64,000 nucleotides of DNA from a virus. The notes under the pieces were generated by a model. It did not search any database and was not told the DNA's origin. It saw nothing but the letters and a program-made list of their open reading frames with translations. Positions 39,987 through 49,228 of the stretch are shown here, piece after piece; within the stretch, counting starts at the first letter, position 1; each line of letters begins with the position of its first letter. The position numbers and the translations under genes are program-made. The DNA lies in the IMG/VR virus record IMGVR_UViG_3300042556_001053, positions 1-64,000 of that record. One strand, 5' to 3'.

Positions 39987-40657
39987 TATTTAATCCCCGC
40001 ATTCGCTATCCATCTATAGCCTACTTGGTATCCCTTGATCTTGCCAGAGGATTTGCCTGCTGATAGATTCTTTCTGTATACATCTGCATTATTAAAGTAT
40101 TGATAAATACCACTTGACTTTAGAAATGCCTGAGTAAAATATCTAGTAAAAAATGTATCTACTACTTTTTGGAAAGAGCCAGTTGTTGCTCTTCCTCCAG
40201 GTGACTGTACTACAACCTCGCCTTTAGTAAAGACTGTTTCTCCACCATCTTCAAAAACCAAAACGTCTGATCTTTTTGGTCTTATGGTTACTGGAGTGCC
40301 TTCTTCCATTATTTTTGCCTTGTTATAAAAAGGTACTGATGAGCCATCCTTAATTGATGTTGATTGCTTAAATGTTGACACAAACGAAAGGCCAAGGTTG
40401 CTTATTGTATAGTTTATATCGTATAGACGTGCATCAGGACTTCCCACTTTAGACCATTCATATATATGATGTAGTGCTTCTGGATTTACCCTGGCATTTG
40501 AGTCTATGTATTGTTCCAATAGTTCTTTTGTCATTACTCCAACATTATTTAAAAACTTTATTTTTCCTGCTTGTACGCCTTCTAAGAATCCAATTGAGTA
40601 GTTCATGATATTCTTCATGTCTTTTTTAAAAGCAACGTCATTCATTATAACTTTCAT
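39986..40657 (-). CDS. Neck/tail completion protein (putative)
   Basis: Synteny; MEEGTP..IRPK..L.F motif. Confidence 0.55.
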   Translation of the reverse strand: MKVIMNDVAFKKDMKNIMNYSIGFLEGVQAGKIKFLNNVGVMTKELLEQYIDSNARVNPEALHHIYEWSKVGSPDARLYDINYTISNLGLSFVSTFKQSTSIKDGSSVPFYNKAKIMEEGTPVTIRPKRSDVLVFEDGGETVFTKGEVVVQSPGGRATTGSFQKVVDTFFTRYFTQAFLKSSGIYQYFNNADVYRKNLSAGKSSGKIKGYQVGYRWIANAGIK

Positions 40658-41103
40658 TATAGGTCACTTGCCTGATTCTCTGATCTTCTCAAGACTACCT
40701 TGTAGTACTCTACACTGCCAAACGGACCAACTATAGCTTCAGTTGATGCTATTTCATATATAGTTGAGCGTCCGTTTCTTGGACCAGAGGTTTCTAGGTA
40801 TACGTCTTCTTGCTGTGGTGTTCTTATATTTGTTACGACTACGTTAGTTACTGAGTTTCTGTTGTTTGATGAGGATACTCTAAGGTCTGTCTTGGTTCTT
40901 CCTAATAATATATTTTCTTTAGTTATGTTAACATTTGGCTTAACATCTTCAGATGCTGATTGACCAGTAGGTGCAAAGTTGCAGGCAATAGATCTGTCAA
41001 GAATCCATTGCTTCTTTACGTTACCGTATGCTCCCTGATCTACTATTGGATAGTAGACATCTGCAAGCATTGGGTATAAAAAGTCTGTTGGCTCGCATTG
41101 CAT
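40657..41103 (-). CDS. Head closure/stopper protein (putative)
   Basis: Synteny; beta-rich 148 aa. Confidence 0.6.
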   Translation of the reverse strand: MQCEPTDFLYPMLADVYYPIVDQGAYGNVKKQWILDRSIACNFAPTGQSASEDVKPNVNITKENILLGRTKTDLRVSSSNNRNSVTNVVVTNIRTPQQEDVYLETSGPRNGRSTIYEIASTEAIVGPFGSVEYYKVVLRRSENQASDL

Positions 41104-42065
41104 TAAAGAATACCTATTCTTGTTATACTCTTCTTATACTTATCAAGGATCTTATCAACAAGCATATTTCCAGTACCGTCAAGAACTGTTTTGTCAAACT
41201 GAACTCTAAACTGCTCTGTATTGTATGATGTCACATATCTCTTGTAATAGTCTATTTTTCCACACTTGATGTCTTCAATAAGCATTGATGCTGCTTCATA
41301 TATGTCATGTGGAACAACCTTGTATCCCGTTTCAAGTAAGAACAGGTAATCCCATCCTTCTGGGAAATGTGATCCAGTTGAGAATGTATATGCGTTTTCA
41401 CTGTAATCTGTATCATAAACATTAAATGAATCTGATGAAGCAGTACTAATAGTTGAGCTCTTTTGCTCAGATCTATTTCCAATCATTCCTGCTTCTTCTG
41501 TGTTTTTTATTATGGCAGTTTTATCTTTTGTTAATTCGTATACCCATTCACCAAGAACAGGAGATTCTAAACTTGCATCATAAACTAGTAATGAGTTTTC
41601 ATATGCCTTTAAGATCTTGTAAGTTCTGTCCCAAATAGGAAGGTAATCCGTTGCTTGTCCAGTCTTATCAAGCCACTCAATCTTGTAGTAGAATCCACCA
41701 GTAATTGAGTCAATTATGGCTCTTGCAATTCTTTCATACTGTGCATACTCTGCAATCTCAGATGCTGTTGTTGCTAGTCTGGCAGGGTTTACATATGGTC
41801 TTTTTATTTCTAGGTTATCTTCAACAACAATTAAATCTTGATCTACAGATTCCTGGTAAACAACCAGATAGTAGCTATCGTCATACTTAGTAAAATCCCC
41901 AGAAACTTCTATAGCAATCTTTGCGTCTGCAGAAGACTCTACTTCATACTCTGCAAGTATGTCGTTTCTGTCTTTGTCCTTGATATGAACTATATGATCC
42001 GTCTCTGGCTCTGCAACGGTATATGTAACAAGAATAGGATATGGTGGTAGTCTTAAGGCTTCCAT
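41103..42065 (-). CDS. Head-tail adaptor protein
   Basis: ARAIIDSITG..GYKVVPHDIYEAA..TGNMLVDKILDKY connector pattern. Confidence 0.7.
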   Translation of the reverse strand: MEALRLPPYPILVTYTVAEPETDHIVHIKDKDRNDILAEYEVESSADAKIAIEVSGDFTKYDDSYYLVVYQESVDQDLIVVEDNLEIKRPYVNPARLATTASEIAEYAQYERIARAIIDSITGGFYYKIEWLDKTGQATDYLPIWDRTYKILKAYENSLLVYDASLESPVLGEWVYELTKDKTAIIKNTEEAGMIGNRSEQKSSTISTASSDSFNVYDTDYSENAYTFSTGSHFPEGWDYLFLLETGYKVVPHDIYEAASMLIEDIKCGKIDYYKRYVTSYNTEQFRVQFDKTVLDGTGNMLVDKILDKYKKSITRIGIL

Positions 42066-42068
42066 TGT

Positions 42069-42407
42069 TTACTTACCGTATGCTCTCTTCACTTCTTCTG
42101 GAGAAGCTGTGCGTACAGACTTGTTTGTTATCCATTTATCAGCATCCTCCTTAGTGACTATGTTGTACCCCTTGGTTAACTCACCAACGCCATTCCAGTG
42201 AAGATTGCGAACTGAATAAACTGCTACCTTCTCTTTTGGCTCTTGCTTTTTAACCACTAGCTCTGATGACTCTTTAGGCACAAAGCTAAAAATTACCTCT
42301 AAAATATCATTTTTTGTACTTACCCCAAATAGGTCAATGTTATTTTTCTTTGCGTATGACTTTAGTTCAAAGACAGTCTTACTTTTTAATTCATCTATTA
42401 ATGACAT
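42069..42407 (-). CDS. Hypothetical protein with Rho-N/HeH-like N-terminal motif
   Basis: LKSKTVFELKSYAKKNNI..KNDILEVI; start at 42407 after GGAGG. Confidence 0.6.
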   Translation of the reverse strand: MSLIDELKSKTVFELKSYAKKNNIDLFGVSTKNDILEVIFSFVPKESSELVVKKQEPKEKVAVYSVRNLHWNGVGELTKGYNIVTKEDADKWITNKSVRTASPEEVKRAYGK

Positions 42408-42423
42408 TGTATCCTCCACTGCT

Positions 42424-42432
42424 ATTATATCA
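42424..42432 (-). promoter_or_regulatory. Extended -10 promoter TGATATAAT
   Basis: Between capsid hairpin and next SD. Confidence 0.7.
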
Positions 42433-42443
42433 GAATATGACTA

Positions 42444-42471
42444 AGGGAGACAGTTTTTACGCTGTCTCCCT
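42444..42471 (-). terminator. Stem-loop after major capsid gene (terminator or 3' stabiliser)
   Basis: AGGGAGACAG-N8-CTGTCTCCCT; weak U tail. Confidence 0.7.
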
Positions 42472-42489
42472 CGTCAAGTTAATTTGAGA

Positions 42490-43617
42490 TTATGACTCTA
42501 CTGCAGCATCTGCGTAAGCAACTGCATCAAGCTCTTCCCATTGTAGACCAAAGCGGACGAATACTGTGTATTCAATTGTGTCCTTCTTTGGCTGGTATGT
42601 GCGGTTTACAGTGATATCTCGCTGGAATCCCCATACACGGTTTGAAGGGAATGTAAGATCTACATAGCCTGCTGGGTAGTATGGAACTTCCTGAACGTCA
42701 ACACCAAGAACACGTGTTGTACGTGCTCCACCAAATGTCTGTGCTCCACCATCTAGGTAAGCCTGACGATTAGCCTGTGTTGATCCTGCGATCTGTCCTG
42801 CAAATGCTTCTGCAACTGCATCAGCAAGTGTACCGTTATTCTTAACGATTCCCTGGAATGCATCTGTACCTGCGTAGAACTTTAGATTGTTCTTGATAGC
42901 ACGGTACTTGCGTGGCATTGCTAGGATGATATCCTGCATAACTTCTGGTGTCCATGCGTTATCTGTTACAGTAACGATTGACTCATGTGCGCCACCATCT
43001 GTCTTAACACGGTTTACGAAACCTTCCATGATTGAAAGGAAGTCACCTGTTGAACCATCACCATTAATGGCAAGGTCTTCAATATCGTTTGCAAATGCAT
43101 TGGTCATCAAGCGAACTAGATGATCCTCAAGTGCTGCGCCTTCAATATTGTCTTCTAGTGCTTCTGTTGAAACTTCCCAGTCAAGACGAATCTTCTTGGT
43201 TGTAAGTTCTACCTTAGAGAATGTTGCACCTGCATTTGTAAATGTAGGCTGTGCCTGTGCTGCTGCACGAATGACACGCTCTCCAACGTTGACCTTCTCA
43301 AGTTCCATTGTGTTAGCACGCATTGTAACTCTACGACCATCCTTGGCTAGTACAGTTGCATCCCATACATAATCAATGAAGCGACGAGCCTGCTCTGGTG
43401 CAAGGATACCACCTGGTGTACCAGTTGGGTTTACTGCATTTGGTCCAGATGTTAATCCGTAATTTGCTGTCGCAATATTACCAAGTGAAGCTGCTGGACT
43501 TAGATTTCCATCGGGTCCTTGTGCTACTGCACCACCAATTCCACCTGATACGGCAACGCCATCACCTGTGGGATGATTAAAAGACTTTTGAAGATCTGTG
43601 TTTGTTGTTTCTGACAT
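42490..43617 (-). CDS. Major capsid protein (HK97 fold)
   Basis: GGILAPEQARRFID..STEALEDNIEG..FANDIEDLAINGD; GGAGG SD. Confidence 0.93.
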   Translation of the reverse strand: MSETTNTDLQKSFNHPTGDGVAVSGGIGGAVAQGPDGNLSPAASLGNIATANYGLTSGPNAVNPTGTPGGILAPEQARRFIDYVWDATVLAKDGRRVTMRANTMELEKVNVGERVIRAAAQAQPTFTNAGATFSKVELTTKKIRLDWEVSTEALEDNIEGAALEDHLVRLMTNAFANDIEDLAINGDGSTGDFLSIMEGFVNRVKTDGGAHESIVTVTDNAWTPEVMQDIILAMPRKYRAIKNNLKFYAGTDAFQGIVKNNGTLADAVAEAFAGQIAGSTQANRQAYLDGGAQTFGGARTTRVLGVDVQEVPYYPAGYVDLTFPSNRVWGFQRDITVNRTYQPKKDTIEYTVFVRFGLQWEELDAVAYADAAVES

Positions 43618-43643
43618 ATTGTTCACCTCCTAGTGATTTTGTT

Positions 43644-44951
43644 TTAGTTAAATAGGTCGGAATTTGTGAGGAAACGTCCGCCCCATAGGGATTTCTGAAT
43701 CACTTTAGGTGATTCCTGTACAATCTCGCCGAGATCGCCAGACTTGCGGAAAGCGGTATCTGCAACTACGGCATCTACGGTCTTTCCAAACTCATTAAAG
43801 CTTCCCTTAACTTCCTTAACTTCCTCTGTTACGGATTCAAGAGACTTTGTAATTGCATCAACGTTGGCTTGCATAGCCTTTACTGTTGCTGCAAGATCGC
43901 TCAAGGCATTAGTTACAGAGTTCTGAATTTCAGAAACTGCCTTGGCAACTTCTGCTGTTGCTGTTGCAACCTCAACGATTGCTTCGTCAGCCTTCTCTGT
44001 TACTTCTTCAATAGAAGGAGCACTAACCTCTTCAACAACTGCATCTGACTTTTCTGCTACAACTTCTTCTGTAACTTCTAGTGACTTTGCAACTGCCTCT
44101 GCAGGAGCCTCTGGAGCAACCTCAACTTCATTAACTACCTCTGCTGCTGGTGCTTCTGGAGCATCAACAACTGCTGTTGTTTCTTCTGTCATAGGATTAT
44201 CCTCCTTTGCTATCTTAATTGTTCTAATGCCTTTTGCACTATCAACTAAGAACTTTATCATTTCTGTTTTTTCTGAATCATTTTTTTCAACAAAACCAAT
44301 GTTTTTCATTTCTTCGCCAGTGACTGGACTTACTTCTGATTCATTTGCTGACAAAGTTACTAGGCCAGACTCTGAATCGTAAAATACATTTTCAACAACT
44401 ACATTAGCTGATGATCCTGTTAGTGTGTCTACTCCGTCAACCTTTTCAACGGATACAATATTTGCAAACTGATTTGCTGGGGAATCTACAAGACTCAACT
44501 CAATCAAATCGTATTCCTTAATAACTCTAATTGTCTTATCTGCTTTTTCATCATATGCATCGTCCCACTTGTTCATTCGTCCCCCAATAGAAAAACCAGT
44601 GTATGTACCATCAAGAACCTTTTCCCAGGCATCCTGTGCGCCCTTTGAAATATAGGCTGAAACAAAAACACCCTTGTAGAACTTCTTTGACTCTGTATCA
44701 AAATACTTTTCTTCTTTAAATGAAACCATCTTGCCTACTGCTGATGGCTGATGCATTTCTCTAATGTTGCCACGGAACTTTGCAAATGCTTCCATTGATG
44801 CTTCTGTTGTAACAATATCATCTTGCTTATCAAGGTTGTCCAAAGATGCAAATCCAGAAACGATGCGCTTCTCTTTGTCTACTTTTGTAAGAGGCATTGA
44901 CAGACGTACATTATCGCCGTCTGTTGACCAATGTGCTTTATTTATATTCAT
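43644..44951 (-). CDS. Prohead protease with C-terminal scaffold
   Basis: VSGFAS..REMH..GFSIGG..ELSLVDSPAN; acidic/coiled-coil tail. Confidence 0.92.
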   Translation of the reverse strand: MNINKAHWSTDGDNVRLSMPLTKVDKEKRIVSGFASLDNLDKQDDIVTTEASMEAFAKFRGNIREMHQPSAVGKMVSFKEEKYFDTESKKFYKGVFVSAYISKGAQDAWEKVLDGTYTGFSIGGRMNKWDDAYDEKADKTIRVIKEYDLIELSLVDSPANQFANIVSVEKVDGVDTLTGSSANVVVENVFYDSESGLVTLSANESEVSPVTGEEMKNIGFVEKNDSEKTEMIKFLVDSAKGIRTIKIAKEDNPMTEETTAVVDAPEAPAAEVVNEVEVAPEAPAEAVAKSLEVTEEVVAEKSDAVVEEVSAPSIEEVTEKADEAIVEVATATAEVAKAVSEIQNSVTNALSDLAATVKAMQANVDAITKSLESVTEEVKEVKGSFNEFGKTVDAVVADTAFRKSGDLGEIVQESPKVIQKSLWGGRFLTNSDLFN

Positions 44952-44960
44952 GACGATTCT

Positions 44961-44969
44961 ATTATACCA
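44961..44969 (-). promoter_or_regulatory. Extended -10 promoter TGGTATAAT (near-leaderless)
   Basis: 9 nt from ATG; no SD. Confidence 0.7.
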
Positions 44970-44991
44970 AACCTTTTAAACATTTTCTCAA

Positions 44992-46596
44992 CTATTGAGA
45001 CGCTCTGCCTTCACCCTGTGGATTGCGTCCAGTTGTGGTTGCAGGTCCATCAGATTGACTATTGTTTCGTTCAGTATCTCTTGCTCTGTTTCCAGATGCA
45101 TTTGCTCTAGCATCTGTTGCTTGTCTTGGAGACATTTCAAATGGAGTATCTCCGTCTGGATGCTGTGGAAGACCAATTGCTTCACGAGCTTCATTTGGCA
45201 TCATGACCTGAGTCTTGACATATCTTTCCAGAATCTGTGATTGAGTGATTTCATCTGTAAGTGTAAGTTCATTAAACTTTAACTCAAGAACGTCTGTTTT
45301 TTCTTTGATGATTTTGTTGATGACTTTATTAAGGTGCCCTTGAGCAGGACGTGAAACTTGCTCTTTAAATGTTCTGTCTTGTGCAATTGATGCTGCGATT
45401 GCTGCTGAGTCAGTACCGCCAAGTTTTGAAATTGGCACCTGATGAGCAACAAGAATATCGTCACGATTTTGCTTGCGGTACTCCTTAAATGAACCATCCT
45501 GAATACCGTTTTCAATTGGCTCCATTTTAAACTCAACCTTATTCTGATCAGTATCTCCAGGAAGAGGAATATAGAGGGTTCTATGAGACTGTGCTTTAAG
45601 ACCTGTCTGTAAGAAGCGAAACATCTTGTCCTCTGCTTCACCAGAAAGCTTTGCGCCCTTTAGGGTTACGACATATCTTGGAACAGCTTTATTCTCAAAG
45701 TAGTCAATGTTATATTGTGATGCAAGTTGATCACCAATAAGTGAAGGAAGTGCTGCAATAATGTCAGGAATTCCATAGAAAGTGTTTAGTGGAGAATACT
45801 CCTTGATATGAATAATCTCATTTGGTCGTGGATCTTCTGTCACTGGATTAGGATTGGTTGCACCAAAGTTTCTAAAGTAAACAATCTTTTGTGCAATGAT
45901 CTGCATGTATCCATCACGCAAACGGCGTACACGAATTGTTGTTGATGGTATATGACCAACATAGCCAATATCTCCATTTACTGTACGACCTATTTCAAGG
46001 TACCCATTTCCAGTAGACTCAACATCTGTGTAAACCTTTTCCATTGTTTTGGTAAATGAATCATCATCATTAAGGTTTTCTAGCCAGTCACGCATTTCAA
46101 GCTTCATTCTTTCCATACGCTTGCGTGCTTTATCTGTAGCACTTTGCTCTTTACCCTCAAAGGAAAGCATAGTACGATCTGTTGGTTCAAATGAATATCC
46201 AAGGCCAACAATGTTTGCAACCTTTGCATCAATAGCAGCGTGGTTAGCAAAAGATGTATCATAAAAATTTGCAAGTTCATATAGATTGTATGGAGGAGTA
46301 ATTACGTCAAATAGTCCGTAACCATTTCTATATACCGTTCCAGGATTAATCTGCTTTGATGAAGCATCTACTCCTGATGGTGTAACATTTGCAGAATCTA
46401 GATATGCTGCATTATTTACATCTGCAAACTTATTAAGGTTTCTTGCTGTTCTACGACGAAAGTTTTGCTCTAGTCCAGAAAAGTCTTTAAGCATTTCCCA
46501 TGACTTGTTAAATGGGTCCTGGTCTCTAAAAACATTTTCTTTTTCATCTTGCGTGTTTAAACTTGCAGAGATATACTGATACTCGTTATTATCCAT
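44992..46596 (-). CDS. Portal protein
   Basis: TGNGYLEI, EIIHIK..YGIP, YFENKAVP, PNEAREAIGLP; start MDNN at 46596. Confidence 0.93.
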   Translation of the reverse strand: MDNNEYQYISASLNTQDEKENVFRDQDPFNKSWEMLKDFSGLEQNFRRRTARNLNKFADVNNAAYLDSANVTPSGVDASSKQINPGTVYRNGYGLFDVITPPYNLYELANFYDTSFANHAAIDAKVANIVGLGYSFEPTDRTMLSFEGKEQSATDKARKRMERMKLEMRDWLENLNDDDSFTKTMEKVYTDVESTGNGYLEIGRTVNGDIGYVGHIPSTTIRVRRLRDGYMQIIAQKIVYFRNFGATNPNPVTEDPRPNEIIHIKEYSPLNTFYGIPDIIAALPSLIGDQLASQYNIDYFENKAVPRYVVTLKGAKLSGEAEDKMFRFLQTGLKAQSHRTLYIPLPGDTDQNKVEFKMEPIENGIQDGSFKEYRKQNRDDILVAHQVPISKLGGTDSAAIAASIAQDRTFKEQVSRPAQGHLNKVINKIIKEKTDVLELKFNELTLTDEITQSQILERYVKTQVMMPNEAREAIGLPQHPDGDTPFEMSPRQATDARANASGNRARDTERNNSQSDGPATTTGRNPQGEGRASQ

Positions 46597-46999
46597 TTTC
46601 GTACGCTTCTCTTCCATGTGTATTGAGTGTATCCTTTGCAGCTTTCCAAGCACCTAGGTCATTTTTAGATGGGATTAAACCATTAACCATACGATCAAGC
46701 TGTTCTGAGTGCTCTTCTTCTGAAATACGTGTAAGTCCAGGAACAAAGATTGCTTCTCCATCTCCTGGATCACCATAGTACTTAGCTGCATTCTTTAGCT
46801 CAGCTATCTTTGAAATATCACTACGCATAGACTCAATATTGAGAACGTTTCCGTTACCGTCAGTGAACCAACGACCATTTGCCTTTTTATAGACATATAG
46901 TCCCCAATCATAGTTTTTCTCAATGACCTTTTTACGAACATTTCCAACAATTGGTAAACCAGTGTTTGGATTGATTAATGGATTATTTGTATTACTCAT
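46589..46999 (-). CDS. Hypothetical protein upstream of portal
   Basis: ORF with leaderless-type start. Confidence 0.7.
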   Translation of the reverse strand: MSNTNNPLINPNTGLPIVGNVRKKVIEKNYDWGLYVYKKANGRWFTDGNGNVLNIESMRSDISKIAELKNAAKYYGDPGDGEAIFVPGLTRISEEEHSEQLDRMVNGLIPSKNDLGAWKAAKDTLNTHGREAYENG

Positions 47000-47006
47000 A
47001 ACCATA

Positions 47007-47015
47007 AGTATACCA
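47007..47015 (-). promoter_or_regulatory. Extended -10 promoter TGGTATACT (leaderless)
   Basis: 7 nt from ATG at 46999. Confidence 0.7.
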
Positions 47016-47046
47016 TAATGATACTAAAGTGAACCAACTGGAACCA

Positions 47047-49080
47047 TTAGTACAGCTTGATTTCACATGCATCAGTTGAGCAATATGCTTCACCTTCTGC
47101 TTCAAGATTTTCTACTCCATCATAAATAGCAGACCAATCAATCTTGCCAATTGTTCCAACGTATGCGTTGTACTCTTCTCTTGATATTTCTGTGTATGGT
47201 TGCTGTGGATAAGTTTTATTTCCCATTGGAAGGAATGACACTGCCTTTAGCTGACCTTCATACATATTAAGTGCTGGAGCCACAAACTGCTTTTCTGTTT
47301 CCTTATCAAATGATAGTGTTACAGAAACACCATTGTCTGACCAGTACTTCTGAGCAGTTGCTGCCAAACCAATCTTCTCAAATAGGCTTACTTGCTTCTC
47401 AGCACGCTTATGCCCTGATGCAACTGGGAAGTATACTACTGAGGTATTTGCTGATACTAGATCTGCTTCAATCTTATACCCTGCAGCTTTGAAAAGGTGA
47501 AGCATTGGATCAGTGTTTCCAAAACGAATTGCACGTAGGTAAAATTCTCCACCAGGTCCCCAGTGAACTCCAGGAGTTGCACCAGAAAGAAGTGAAACAG
47601 ATCCTGATGGCTTAACTGTTGTTACACGAACTGATTCACGAACACAAAGCCATTCTGAGTACTTGTGGTCGTAGTGACGAATCTTGTTGTAGCCTTCGTC
47701 CATCCATTCACGTGTTGTTGGAAGACCATATGTGTCTGCAAATGATGCAATACCTGTCAATGATGTACCAATACGACGATTTCTTTGCATGATACCGTTT
47801 GTTTGCTGCCAATGTGTAGGCATAAGGGTTACAGTCTTTCCATAAAGATATGCAAACTTCAATGTCTTGAGGAAGTCCTCCTTAGATTCATGACGATTTA
47901 GGTGCACTTCTACAAGTGTACAAAGTTCGTATGACTCCAATGGCTGCTCCGCACAAGGATTGAAGCCCATGATGCGAGCATCTTTATAATCAGGTGCGTC
48001 CGCAAGACGGCCATAATCACGAGCAACATCAAGCCAAATAAAACCTGGCTCTCCGTTGTCCGCAATTAAATCTACATAATCTTCGTACTTTGTTCCAATT
48101 GATGCTGAGATAGAGTTGTTTGACATCCATGCCCAGCCTGGTTTTTCTGGATCATATGAGTTACGCTCTGGAAATATTTCTGGATTCTTAAGATTAATAA
48201 AACCATCGTCCTCTGGTGTGCCAAGAGCAAGAGTAGCAGAACGACGAACATTTCCAGAAACAACACATGTGCCAATTAAATTAACAATGTCAACAATTGC
48301 ACGGCTATCCAAGAACTCTCCTGCTCTAGAACCAATTACATTGCGAATGCGTGTATGTAGATCAATGAGTGGTGCTGGACCGCTTGCAACGCCTCCAAAG
48401 CCCTTAATAGGGGCACCTAGTGGACGGATAAGGTCATAGTTGAATAGCTGAATTGATTGATTCTGTCGTAGGAACGAATTAATTAAAAGACGAACTGATT
48501 CAACCCATCCTTCACGAGTGTCAGGGATTTCATAGGTTGATTCTGGCTCTGTAGGTGCATAGATTGCCATCTTCTTGTCTTGTCCAAGAGTATCAAATCC
48601 AACTCCAATGCCAAGCATTAATGCATCCATTACCCAAGCAAATAATGCACCAGGATCATTGCGATCAAGGTCTCTTGTAGAAACCATTGCACAGTTTTGA
48701 AGGGAAGCAGAGTTACGCTTCTCCATAGTCATAGGTGTACCAAATGCCCAAAGACCACGACCTGGAGGTGTCCACTTTAATTCAAACATTCTTTGAAAAG
48801 CTTCTTGTGCAGACTTCTGTGCCTTATTGTCGTTCCATGGTAGACGATTATCCTTGGCATGGTTCTTTTGTACTGAATACATACCCTCAATTACACGACG
48901 ACAAACTTCATGCCAGCGTTCTTTTGTACCATCTTCCTTGACACGAGAGTATGTACGAATAAATGTTATCTCTCCCAACGAATTAGATCCTGCATCTGAG
49001 AATCCAAATGGTGCTGGAATTAGTTGATATTTATTTACAAACTCATCTGACAAACGAAATGAAAATACACTTTCTGACAT
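47047..49080 (-). CDS. nrdJ: Class II (adenosylcobalamin-dependent) ribonucleotide reductase, monomeric RTPR type
   Basis: PPGRGLW, LQNC, GFNPCAEQ, TVKPSG, C-terminal CSTDACEI. Confidence 0.95.
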   Translation of the reverse strand: MSESVFSFRLSDEFVNKYQLIPAPFGFSDAGSNSLGEITFIRTYSRVKEDGTKERWHEVCRRVIEGMYSVQKNHAKDNRLPWNDNKAQKSAQEAFQRMFELKWTPPGRGLWAFGTPMTMEKRNSASLQNCAMVSTRDLDRNDPGALFAWVMDALMLGIGVGFDTLGQDKKMAIYAPTEPESTYEIPDTREGWVESVRLLINSFLRQNQSIQLFNYDLIRPLGAPIKGFGGVASGPAPLIDLHTRIRNVIGSRAGEFLDSRAIVDIVNLIGTCVVSGNVRRSATLALGTPEDDGFINLKNPEIFPERNSYDPEKPGWAWMSNNSISASIGTKYEDYVDLIADNGEPGFIWLDVARDYGRLADAPDYKDARIMGFNPCAEQPLESYELCTLVEVHLNRHESKEDFLKTLKFAYLYGKTVTLMPTHWQQTNGIMQRNRRIGTSLTGIASFADTYGLPTTREWMDEGYNKIRHYDHKYSEWLCVRESVRVTTVKPSGSVSLLSGATPGVHWGPGGEFYLRAIRFGNTDPMLHLFKAAGYKIEADLVSANTSVVYFPVASGHKRAEKQVSLFEKIGLAATAQKYWSDNGVSVTLSFDKETEKQFVAPALNMYEGQLKAVSFLPMGNKTYPQQPYTEISREEYNAYVGTIGKIDWSAIYDGVENLEAEGEAYCSTDACEIKLY

Positions 49081-49140
49081 TTTATATACCTTTCAAAGTA
49101 AAATTATATGAGTACTTCATGTTTTCTGAAGTAGTACTCA

Positions 49141-49149
49141 AGTATAACA
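49141..49149 (-). promoter_or_regulatory. Extended -10 promoter TGTTATACT for nrdJ
   Basis: Follows terminator; inverted repeat directly downstream. Confidence 0.7.
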
Positions 49150-49155
49150 CACTTT

Positions 49156-49187
49156 AAAAAGAAAAACACGCTCACTAGGAGCGTGTT
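49156..49187 (-). terminator. Intrinsic terminator
   Basis: AACACGCTC-CTAGT-GAGCGTGTT followed by TTTCTTTT. Confidence 0.88.
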
Positions 49188-49228
49188 AATCTATAGTATA
49201 GAGTTAGCACTCTATTTTTTTATAAGTG

